Positions 57,601 through 64,000 of a stretch of 64,000 bases of DNA are shown here, piece after piece; positions within the stretch are counted from its first letter, which is position 1; every line of letters begins with the position of its first letter. The stretch lies in the IMG/VR virus record IMGVR_UViG_3300043425_001539, positions 62,001 through 126,000 of that record, one strand, 5' to 3'. Position numbers and translations under genes: made by a program. Below the pieces are notes generated by a model. The model did not search any database. It saw only the letters and a program-made list of their open reading frames with translations, and had not been told where the DNA came from.

Positions 57601-58101
57601 AGAATTTATATTAAACGGTCCATAATTTTCAATTCTTGGAAATGTATATGTACTTTTTCCATTGGAATCAAAAATATTTTCCAATATGTAAATTTGGTCA
57701 ACTGATATTAAGTCAGTAGATACACGTTCTAAACTATAATCTATTATGTAATCTGTCGACGGAGTAGGAAAATCATTATTATTAATTGAGTTGGGAATAA
57801 TGATTGATTGAAAAGAACCGTTAGAATCAAAAGTTATATTAGAATTTGGTATAGTGAAAACAATATTGTCATTATCTATACTTCTTATTTCAATATAAGT
57901 ATTAGGCCCGTAATTTGTTCCTCCATCTAAAATTTCAATGTATATTACCTGGCCGCTAAAATTTGTATATGCATTAATAATTGCACCTATCCCAGGAAAT
58001 TGGGCATCATCAATTATTGAGACATATGTGGCATATCTCTTTTGAGGGTTTAAATTATCACCTTTTTTATTAAAAAACGCAAATCTATTAGTTAATAACA
58101 T
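51637..58101 (-). CDS. Large baseplate wedge protein (gp7-like) with PKD-like domains
   Basis: 2154 aa; YVGSYKGLVNIINWFGY wedge-type motif; C-terminal WTFTYPGIFGVELLIEDTNGN; downstream of gp25/gp6 homologues. Confidence 0.65.
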   Translation of the reverse strand: MLLTNRFAFFNKKGDNLNPQKRYATYVSIIDDAQFPGIGAIINAYTNFSGQVIYIEILDGGTNYGPNTYIEIRSIDNDNIVFTIPNSNITFDSNGSFQSIIIPNSINNNDFPTPSTDYIIDYSLERVSTDLISVDQIYILENIFDSNGKSTYTFPRIENYGPFNINSFSANGSSAKIEIESFTFTGLVREYDANVVARIPAATIANLVVGMNISGTGIPENTFIFDINTSSQSITLTNPIPGTSLGEINFTAYFPHDLQAGSKIFIDGGALDGGPYVLTKVDTFNLYFDTSLTVGTTPGAGITYQVVPKFKAYVEGDDSFFLFDVNYNEDYPTITKSASLEFEFTQAASSDTIPSSPIGGPANNQLYQRTVYENIQKTPLTINIGHQSNVEGVFITIFRILDITFASNPGLLMYGVYRAETEAEDERLGILLSNIGRDVDLEQELILRDSDVDESNVDYILLNQKRREMLLQGDQIWPYVGSYKGLVNIINWFGYYDIRLKEYFLNVNSLDTEFGTYRQVPIAFQLKDKKQSGESLNLVPSKHYKKTSMFGLFYDLVKDSGNFDENGIPITTDAFEFTNEEALIKFFALKKYLKEKFLPLNSQITDITGEGVYYERYAINSWRNVDERRVLELTRPINFTCEDRAIIQDLRPYTSDAYLSPTLEKTLQSFMNRYDILDISITSPGGPYTSIPNVTFPGTSNQQATGYVKMKGYTGSYSLANPAGTDFIVGDIITLNGGTYESPLRLIVSGVTGLGVVTDVIIQEGSLQGSGYSSFPQAFGQSLVVSPVGTQYEVVNRSGFTAAPSDLGFEVEDVWFLNKGLGYSTYPVANFTPNLGTVTELNLKIYDGTPVGNINNGTRTPAWNDAPNIPVGAVASLSTEFPITWDEVPYTWYELGGSTNANVIVHVDPLPNGTGEVIAAEIINPGTEYKFTPTLKVVSQEGANATLSASLRKGQLNLLEYTVVSVGSTGGGTNNVFNVSPEIAPAGSFNVTSNRLVTGDNISNIVLTSNVTVGLGTSTITVENYDLTPASTTVQSGDKIFVHQGVEVTNAGTGYISTPEVNVNSGHTRSIFTWNDLGRGEFYQMQWKVVLSEPEKPTNQFNYDSGVQPIDLLIDHTVVLPYVGKYTVELIVYNTDNNFANLIKKNCIEVYMAESDFSYIAKFLNGCVNTWDSLKQLPNTQQNQTQQEIENNRYIDFNWDNSTGRWINPIFNNSIWESFDFRWDNLDISDISDINNYSFPYCEEFPIVEISPEDNLEGPVIGYQDSTTNPPAVNPTIIVQGQRLYPPIDPLYNPDDEWIFIRRDETVYQLNVLGSDYSNPEYTYIELFSEPPEAFKASPATWEVLREIGGTITLNGNKIYNEDTNPSGISVGKFIKAVQRNNSPIRKRIPINGKNTYSGQPSNIILNGEGNDLSLLKKGEIGKIYKVRDGEPLNGDLNWNPIISSSAWVIESVNSNIPEKRDHLGKIYIKKSAVTCNPLDEIRPGFTQIKLYAYLDNELKYTQDFRTTHVYLDTSNVGSIYDIWSESEIYVIDIAGINGGPIDELNSYLINLAAEGIENVYLEYEYQEFPTRIYYGENVGGAANIYFDFNMYPSSGDFNNAPSSEFDSTAIANHTNWYFDNGILYGDFSLQVTQIGNWKNGVGTILSVSDQENDLLKISSSFQVCQRNFDEDSAERKLGSNIITWQNYKDVIWQESCALSWNTLDFSNSYWCNFIINDLVQNSGLTFNEDDTYNFTGIVGGMSTAQIYAQALYELNNLTSQGLNKFYYYPISEQYVSPIFININTYSDPNSFFTSSAINVGDVIYGEPFEKVSTVLGITGTTVTLDKDIKKKATFIGDCIVGDYKIKNVAGLLENQIAPGDILTSDYLPLYPTAPATVTNIFVQQGVIREITLSSPFTGSGNSLSFYAEWNTGVISTQVLSGDIAANFKIIAQAKTPSVDCLGYLTGEGGLTFEAPDGNISSLSHSFPVGNYYSWLGFGENKVGSFLTGLNDFVINYRNIQTYLFEGLSPFGYKGWYPASDLPSTYSYISSPYFSNSSLAESDSQRLPYERSIGGALTWEETWANNKNGKFPIGVSILFTSDTSKISGKSKYLWKIKENEETLVETSDSKIMWTFTYPGIFGVELLIEDTNGNSATIKKNTFIEIDENFGSQTN

Positions 58102-58418
58102 TAAGATATGTATTTGTATTTTTTATCTACTGCATAATTAATCGATTTTCTGATTTGCTGAATTGTATCAACTATATAAGTTAAAAGTTTATTATATTGA
58201 GTCACTACCGCATCAACATCTTCATTTGCAAGAATATAATTAGACAAAGATTTTTTCATAAGATTAGGTCTCCAGTCATACCCTACATTTTTTAAATCAT
58301 CTTGACGATGGATCATTGCTTCATAAAAGCTTTGTCTTGTTAAATACGCACCCATTTTTATTTCTTCATTGGGATCTTCGTAAGTTTTTTCAATTATATT
58401 TACTTCTCTATTAGCCAT
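58101..58418 (-). CDS. Small baseplate-associated protein
   Basis: 105 aa, translationally coupled between gp6-like and gp7-like genes. Confidence 0.55.
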   Translation of the reverse strand: MANREVNIIEKTYEDPNEEIKMGAYLTRQSFYEAMIHRQDDLKNVGYDWRPNLMKKSLSNYILANEDVDAVVTQYNKLLTYIVDTIQQIRKSINYAVDKKYKYIS

Positions 58419-60111
58419 TTTTTATACTATCTATATTAATGCGATGTAAATCTATGTTTAAAGATTTTATGGTATCTTTACCAAAAGAGATATTAATTGT
58501 ACTTGGTTTTGATTGGCTTGTGCTGTCTTCAATAAAAACTCCGTTTCTATCGGGCCAACCTCCTCTTATTAATGCAAGTTCGCCTCTTCCTATAACAATA
58601 TCGCCAAATTCGTCTAATCCTATTTCTAAGGTGGAATCAGCATTTTCAGGTATTGCATGAAACGCTTCATTTTCTTCAGACATAAACCAAATATTTACAC
58701 TATCTACGCCTTCAACAGATTCAACGATTGAAACCAAATCCGAAGTAGGAATTTTGTCTCTTCTTCTATTTTTTAAGAAATAGTCTGAAGTTTTTGATAT
58801 AATGTTTTGGCGTATAATATCTTTGCTATACCCTTCAAAAGCCCTAACATTTAAGTTGATAACGTATTTTTTAACTATCGGATCAACTATCTTGACAATT
58901 GTATTAAGAGTTTTTTGACCGCTCTCTTCTATAACATCATAAATCTTTTGTTTTTCATTGTCAGATAACAAAAATAAATTTTCTGGGATTGTATAATAAT
59001 TTGAATTACTTGGTTTTCTCTTGTTAACGTCAGGAATTAAAAATAAATAAACCACATTATCATCAGATACATCATTATCGTCAAAAGTGCTAAATGCATC
59101 AACTACAGCAAAAAAATTATATTTTTCCAAAAAGTAAACATAAGAATTGGCATTTGCCAATACATACGATCTTGAAGTTTTTGGCGCTAAAATGCGAGTT
59201 AAAAATATCGGCTCAGCATCTGATCCAAATATAATAGGTTTTCCTACACCGATATTTATAATTGCATTTAGATCAACGCTATTTCCTGCTAGATCAAATC
59301 CATCATCTTCCCATTGAAAATTAGGCATTTCATCCATCAATATATTGCCAGCATCGCCTGCGCTAATTAAATACTCTACTCTTATAACAGAACCAGCGGG
59401 CGGAATTTTTCCAAAATACAAGTTGCCAAAAAAGATATCTATACCTGTGTCTAAACCTGTTTTAACAATTACGCCAGGTGCATCATAAGGTATATCATAT
59501 AAAGAATCATAATTTTTCCACAATTCATTATTTACATATATTCTATAAATAAAATTATCAATCTGAGTACCTTTTCTTGGTTTAATGTTGTACGATTGCA
59601 ATGGATATCCTGTACCCGTGATTGTTTGCACCTCAAAGCTTCCTTGCGTAACTTTAACTTCAACTACTTGCTTTCCCGATAAATTAATTCTTACTTCCTC
59701 GGTATTTGTTGTTATTACGTAAGAAAGACCAGTTGCTTGGTCAACTAATTTTGAATAATTAGGAATAATCACGGTGTTTCCATACATATCCACCGTAGAT
59801 CCATTATATCCAAGCAAAACAGTACCAGAAGCTGAAATTGCTCTTGTGGGATTATGTCCCGCTAATCTTGCAAGACCAATTATTGATTGGTCTCTACCAG
59901 CGGTCATTATATTAAGTTCAGTAATGCTGTCTTCAATGTAATAAAACATCAAGCGAGCTAAATCCAATATAACATAGAGTAATTGTCCGTATGCACTTGC
60001 CGGAGAAAAAACTTCTCCTACCTGTAAGAATTTTGTTGTCATAAAATTTCTTACATCTCCGTACAGCTGGTCAAATCTAATTCTATTGTATTTGAATATT
60101 TGAAGAGCCAT
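58411..60111 (-). CDS. Baseplate wedge protein (T4 gp6-like)
   Basis: SAYGQLLYVIL, IGLARLAGHNPTRAISASG, VTQG, IFFGNLYFGKIP, VEYLISAGDAGN, GSDAE. Confidence 0.82.
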   Translation of the reverse strand: MALQIFKYNRIRFDQLYGDVRNFMTTKFLQVGEVFSPASAYGQLLYVILDLARLMFYYIEDSITELNIMTAGRDQSIIGLARLAGHNPTRAISASGTVLLGYNGSTVDMYGNTVIIPNYSKLVDQATGLSYVITTNTEEVRINLSGKQVVEVKVTQGSFEVQTITGTGYPLQSYNIKPRKGTQIDNFIYRIYVNNELWKNYDSLYDIPYDAPGVIVKTGLDTGIDIFFGNLYFGKIPPAGSVIRVEYLISAGDAGNILMDEMPNFQWEDDGFDLAGNSVDLNAIINIGVGKPIIFGSDAEPIFLTRILAPKTSRSYVLANANSYVYFLEKYNFFAVVDAFSTFDDNDVSDDNVVYLFLIPDVNKRKPSNSNYYTIPENLFLLSDNEKQKIYDVIEESGQKTLNTIVKIVDPIVKKYVINLNVRAFEGYSKDIIRQNIISKTSDYFLKNRRRDKIPTSDLVSIVESVEGVDSVNIWFMSEENEAFHAIPENADSTLEIGLDEFGDIVIGRGELALIRGGWPDRNGVFIEDSTSQSKPSTINISFGKDTIKSLNIDLHRINIDSIKNG

Positions 60112-60126
60112 TAAGGTAAAAATTAT

Positions 60127-60489
60127 TTAAGTTGCCTCGACACCAAGATATTTTTTGCCGTCTATGTATATATCAATATAGCAAATATCTCTTACCGTTC
60201 CTTGGGTAAAAGATACTTTAATTTCGATTGGCATGTTTGCTGTATCAGGTACATAAAAACCTAATTGTCCGTAAAAGCTTTCAGAAATCTGTCTTTCATT
60301 TGCATTTATTTCAAATAACATTTGTTCTAAACTCAATCCAAAGTTGGGATCGCCTAAAACCTCTCCTTTATTTGTAAAAATAATCATTCTTATTTTTGTT
60401 AAAAGAGCTTCGTAAGGCGATCCTGTCTCAAGTATTCCAGGTAAATAACCTGGATCAGATTCATTTCTACAATATATTTCTTTAAGCAT
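60127..60489 (-). CDS. Baseplate protein, gp25-like
   Basis: IIFTNKGEVLGDPNFGLSLEQMLFE motif; start moved to ATG 60489. Confidence 0.85.
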   Translation of the reverse strand: MLKEIYCRNESDPGYLPGILETGSPYEALLTKIRMIIFTNKGEVLGDPNFGLSLEQMLFEINANERQISESFYGQLGFYVPDTANMPIEIKVSFTQGTVRDICYIDIYIDGKKYLGVEAT

Positions 60490-60514
60490 GTTTAAAATAT
60501 TGATTTTCAACAAT

Positions 60515-60523
60515 TTATATATT
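60515..60523 (-). promoter_or_regulatory. Candidate late-promoter motif AATATATAA
   Basis: 25 nt upstream of the gp25-like ATG. Confidence 0.55.
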
Positions 60524-61253
60524 AATGAAATAGCATGAACCAATCTGGGCTGTTCTCATCATCAATTTTTTGCAATATTGAATTGAGCTCTTCTTGTCCT
60601 TCGTCTTTAATTGCGCTCGCGTCAACTTGTATGCCACCAGGCAAATTAAATGTAAAAGTTCCTAAAAGTCTACCTAATGATATTTTTGCTTGTGCCGTAA
60701 TATATCTTTGAAAAAACCAATCATCATACAACTTGTAGTCTTCAATCTTGGTATAAGTTAAAATATAAACGTTCTTTTTTGGATCTCTACCTAAAATTTT
60801 CAATCTTTTTGTGTTTCTGTTAAAATCAAACGCATATCTTTCAAGCATAAAACTTTTAGTTAAATCCCAATAAGAATATTGGGCTGTTCTTAATACCAAA
60901 TCGTCAGATTGAAAAGGTGATAAAAATAACTCAGCTGCTATTAAACGATTATCTGCAAAATCCTGGTCAACTGTTCCTAATATACCTCCTCCTGTAAAAT
61001 CCCTAACATCTTGTATAGAAATTACACAATCAGGAAGTAAAACACTTCTTGTTGCTTTCCATTCACTTTGTGCAAAAAGTTTTCTGGGCAATACATAATA
61101 TGTAGTCTCAACAGCAGGACCGTAGTTTACGTAAAACCAATTTTCAGCTTGACCTATAATTCTTTCCATTTCTTTTTGCGGAATAGAATAAGGTAAAGAA
61201 CCAGATACAGTAATCTCGTCGTTAACAAGCTGTATTAATTCGTCTTTCGTCAT
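60522..61253 (-). CDS. Neck/head-completion protein (T4 gp13-like)
   Basis: WFFQRYITAQAKISLGRLLGTFTFNLPGGIQVD...GQEE motif. Confidence 0.8.
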   Translation of the reverse strand: MTKDELIQLVNDEITVSGSLPYSIPQKEMERIIGQAENWFYVNYGPAVETTYYVLPRKLFAQSEWKATRSVLLPDCVISIQDVRDFTGGGILGTVDQDFADNRLIAAELFLSPFQSDDLVLRTAQYSYWDLTKSFMLERYAFDFNRNTKRLKILGRDPKKNVYILTYTKIEDYKLYDDWFFQRYITAQAKISLGRLLGTFTFNLPGGIQVDASAIKDEGQEELNSILQKIDDENSPDWFMLFH

Positions 61254-61284
61254 TTTATTACTTTAATTTTTGAAAACAAATTAT

Positions 61285-62688
61285 TTATTTGTTTTTCTTT
61301 TTATCGGCATTTTTTGCACCTTTATTTGGATCTTTATAGCTGCCGGGAGATTCAGCAGGTTCAATAAGTTCAACAATTAAAGTTTCTTTTGAAATATTTG
61401 CAAGCTTTCCTATTTCTCCGTTTCTAATGACTCCGCCTACAACTTTACAATTAATAGGAAATCTTTTGTTTTCAATAAAGCAATCTTCGCAAGAATTTGA
61501 AATATGTAAAGGCGATTCAGCAACTTTACAAGAAATGAAACTATTTTCTTTGACTGGTTTGCATTCAGCAACTCTTGAATTTTTAATTTCACACCCATAA
61601 AATGTACATCTGTTAAAAACACCTTCCAATTCACAATTAACAAATTCAATATCATGCGCTACACAATTTTTAATTTTTGTGTCCTTTACTTGTAAAACCG
61701 ATAAATCTGTATCAAAATTAAATATGCCTTTAGTAATACCACTAGACAACAATAACTTAAATAGAGGTTCTTTAATTACATGCCAATATGATTCCAATAT
61801 CTGATCATCATTTCGCATATCTATTCCTACCTCTATTTTAGGAAAGTTTTTCTTGAACGTAGAATATTTAACAAACCCTTCATAAAGTTTGGTTTGTTTT
61901 TCCATTAACTTTTTAAAATAGGCACGGTCACTTTGGCTGAAATTGCCATCAAAATTTAATACTTCATATAAATTTAATATGTAATAATTTATAAGATCTA
62001 AAATTTTACGAGTTTTTCTTTCATAATCAGCCCCGCCCATATAACGGTATTCAAGATAACCTTTTTCAGCTTTTAAGAAATTCACCCCATAATATTTTTC
62101 TGACGGAACTTTAAGAACATTTTTGCTAATATCAGTTTCCGTCGTATAAAATAATATTGCATTGGGGTGAATTTCTTTGATGCTTCTTGCATAAACTGAA
62201 TCCCTTCTTTTTGGGAATATATCATAAACTTTTTCTTCATCAAATCCCAAAATGAATTTTACAATATTCATTTGCGGAATTTCAACTCTTGTTGGAATCT
62301 TATTTGGGTCTATACTGATGTTTGCGTGAATTGAACATCTTTCATTTGTGTATCCGTTTGACTGAATCCATTCAAATACTTTAATGATAACGTTTCTTGC
62401 TTCTGAATAATTTAAAGGCCCAGTAACCAATTCACACATTTTTTTGCCGCCTGAATAATCAGGCTCCAACTTAAAAACAGATGATGATGGCTGTACTGGC
62501 GAGTGATACAAAGGCTTAGGTTCTTGAATATTACTTAATGCCATTGGAACTACCACTCTTTTTTTCAGAAATGCAGAAAGAGAACGTGCTGTTTCAATAA
62601 TATCCATTGATGAATAAAATTCAAATTCCACCCCGATCCTGCTACCTGCAAGAATTTCATCTTCAGTATAAACCTTTTTGGTTTTCAT
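61285..62688 (-). CDS. Amidoligase (COOH-NH2 ligase type) with C-terminal beta-helix-like repeats
   Basis: IGVEFEF, EPD, CELVTGP, CSIHANIS, KYYGVNF, LEYRYMGG; C-terminal Cys-rich short repeats. Confidence 0.78.
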   Translation of the reverse strand: MKTKKVYTEDEILAGSRIGVEFEFYSSMDIIETARSLSAFLKKRVVVPMALSNIQEPKPLYHSPVQPSSSVFKLEPDYSGGKKMCELVTGPLNYSEARNVIIKVFEWIQSNGYTNERCSIHANISIDPNKIPTRVEIPQMNIVKFILGFDEEKVYDIFPKRRDSVYARSIKEIHPNAILFYTTETDISKNVLKVPSEKYYGVNFLKAEKGYLEYRYMGGADYERKTRKILDLINYYILNLYEVLNFDGNFSQSDRAYFKKLMEKQTKLYEGFVKYSTFKKNFPKIEVGIDMRNDDQILESYWHVIKEPLFKLLLSSGITKGIFNFDTDLSVLQVKDTKIKNCVAHDIEFVNCELEGVFNRCTFYGCEIKNSRVAECKPVKENSFISCKVAESPLHISNSCEDCFIENKRFPINCKVVGGVIRNGEIGKLANISKETLIVELIEPAESPGSYKDPNKGAKNADKKKNK

Positions 62689-62703
62689 TTTTTTAAGGTA
62701 TTT

Positions 62704-63900
62704 TTATGCTTCATTTGGTATAGTCAAGTAGATTTTATCATTAATCACTTTATCTACTGTAACCATAATTTTTTCACCAACGTTATATTTCTTTTTCTTA
62801 GTCTTGACTTCTTTTTGAGATATCATTCCTATAATATCTTTTTGCAATTTAACTAATACTCCAAAAGATTGAATTGAAATAATTTCCCCTGTTTTAACGG
62901 TTCCCAAATTAGCATTTTTAAATTCTGTAATTTCTTTTAATCTAATTGCAGGATCTTCGTCAGTCAATATAATTTTTTTGTCATTGGTCACCTCTTTAAT
63001 CCAAAAAGAAATTTTATCACCTGGCCTAACTCGCCCTTCTTTAAATTTCTCTTTTAATTCGGGTGTCATTTTACTTGCGTGTATAAGTCCAGTAAATATA
63101 TCGTCAAACTCAATAAATATGCCATATTTTGCCGCACCTGTAATTGTTCCAGAATATTTCTTTTCTCTATCTAATTCATCAATTTTTTGCGGCAATATTT
63201 TAGAAATGTATTTTTTATATGAAAAAACAAATGTTGAACTTTCTTCTAAATAATCTTCAACCATAACTGGTACCTCTTTGCCTATCATTTCATCAAAATC
63301 TCTAACAATATTTGCTGCAGCAAGCGAACCTGGCAAAAAACCATCTACTCCTTGAACGTTAATAATAAATCCGCCATGATTTTTTCCAATTATTTTTCCA
63401 TAATAAGCGGTTTCATTTGCGGATATTTGTTCCATAAATTCATTCCGCGTCTTTTCGGTTTGCCCTGCATATAATGATGCTCGAGTATACGGATTAATAC
63501 CTTCAATTTTTACATGATAACCTTGATTTAAAAAAGATCTTTTCCAAGATTCATTTTTTGCATTTTCAATAAATTCTTCCTGCGTTAAACCAAGCATAGA
63601 GAAAAACTTACGTTCGCTATCCAGCTTAATTGTTGCGTCGATCATTCCTTCTAATGTAATTGCCATCTCTTTTTCGGAAACTCCGTAGATGTCAACCATT
63701 TTCATAATCATACCTTCATTAATTTCTTTACTGACTACATCAGATGCTACCATTAATTTACATAACTCTTCGGCATAAGGCTCGTGACAAAAAACTTTTC
63801 CTCCATATTTTTTGGATAGTTTTTTGTTTACAACTCGTCTTTCTGTAAGACTTAAAATTTCCCAATCAAATGCTGGGGACTGTTTTTTTTCTAAATTCAT
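62704..63900 (-). CDS. rpsA: Phage-encoded ribosomal protein S1 homologue (three clear plus one degenerate S1 domains)
   Basis: GKIIGKNHGGFIINVQGVDGFLPGS, GTITGAAKYGIFIEFDDIFTGLIHASKM, GEIISIQSFGVLVKL...GMI. Confidence 0.85.
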   Translation of the reverse strand: MNLEKKQSPAFDWEILSLTERRVVNKKLSKKYGGKVFCHEPYAEELCKLMVASDVVSKEINEGMIMKMVDIYGVSEKEMAITLEGMIDATIKLDSERKFFSMLGLTQEEFIENAKNESWKRSFLNQGYHVKIEGINPYTRASLYAGQTEKTRNEFMEQISANETAYYGKIIGKNHGGFIINVQGVDGFLPGSLAAANIVRDFDEMIGKEVPVMVEDYLEESSTFVFSYKKYISKILPQKIDELDREKKYSGTITGAAKYGIFIEFDDIFTGLIHASKMTPELKEKFKEGRVRPGDKISFWIKEVTNDKKIILTDEDPAIRLKEITEFKNANLGTVKTGEIISIQSFGVLVKLQKDIIGMISQKEVKTKKKKYNVGEKIMVTVDKVINDKIYLTIPNEA

Positions 63901-63922
63901 ATTTTTTTAATTGGTCTATAAG

Positions 63923-63931
63923 TTATATATC
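63923..63931 (-). promoter_or_regulatory. Candidate promoter motif GATATATAA
   Basis: 22 nt upstream of the S1 ATG. Confidence 0.55.
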
Positions 63932-63950
63932 TGTATTTGAAATGAATATG

Positions 63951-64000
63951 TTATGATATTATAGCAGCAGGTGAAGGAGCAACGGTTGCGCCTGTTTGAG
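63951..64000 (-). CDS. Probable 3' end of an upstream gene, truncated by the window
   Basis: Open frame ...QTGATVAPSPAAIIS* ending at TAA 63951. Confidence 0.35.
   Translation of the reverse strand, partial: QTGATVAPSPAAIIS

Noticed and set aside
16070-60535. Weak hairpins enclosing the promoter motif at 16077, 21099 and 60515
   Set aside because: Only 6-9 bp, AU-rich with wobbles or mismatches; not distinguishable from chance by eye.
5516-61655. Short minus-strand alternate-frame ORFs nested in real genes (5516, 11475, 28990, 32563, 37909, 45986, 61437)
   Set aside because: Nested in longer motif-bearing genes, with no recognisable features or initiation context.
617-63253. Plus-strand ORFs in the track other than 47625 and 47878 (for example 13325-13855, 15751-16179, 19053-19478, 57215-57625)
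   Set aside because: They lie fully antisense to well-supported minus-strand genes, have Ser/Phe/Leu-rich shadow composition and show no motifs.
1-64000. Stop-codon reassignment (code 15 or 4), as in some jumbo phages
   Set aside because: Multi-kb ORFs are intact in the standard code, and TAG/TGA end genes right before the next start (for example 9093, 10791, 48306).
1-64000. tRNA genes, CRISPR arrays, DGR template/variable repeats
   Set aside because: Intergenic gaps are short and I saw no cloverleaf, regularly spaced repeats or reverse transcriptase. A tRNAscan/CRISPR scan was not run.

Overview
A 64 kb, very AT-rich segment of a large T4-like (contractile-tailed, probably jumbo) bacteriophage genome in the standard genetic code. 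All genes are on the minus strand except two (47625-48306). Starts have A-rich leaders with no Shine-Dalgarno motif where I checked and the phage encodes a ribosomal protein S1 homologue, so a Bacteroidota host is plausible (inference). Layout: (1) 1-16 kb, mostly small/medium proteins, about 15 of which share an N-terminal leader (M-x-x-[VI]-x-x-F-x-x-F-[IL]-x-E) resembling the T4 capsid targeting sequence. They include an AAA ATPase, a ferritin and four nucleotidyltransferase-fold proteins (two ligase-like, one split by a mini-intein at its catalytic Lys; one Pol-beta-like; one HIGH-motif). (2) 16-22 kb, T4-like replication/recombination genes (UvsW, exonuclease, UvsY, primase, gp32, RuvC-like). 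(3) 22-46 kb, very large virion proteins. (4) 46-50 kb, accessory genes (Nei/Fpg, exonuclease, SET domain, PhoH, HAD, GIY-YIG endonuclease). (5) 50-64 kb, baseplate/neck genes, an amidoligase and S1. Non-coding signals: a recurrent RATATATAR motif upstream of 12 genes, a perfect 20-bp inverted repeat with that motif in its loop, and a duplicated 14-codon HAD 5' end flanking the homing endonuclease. All calls come from motif recognition by eye; no database searches were run.
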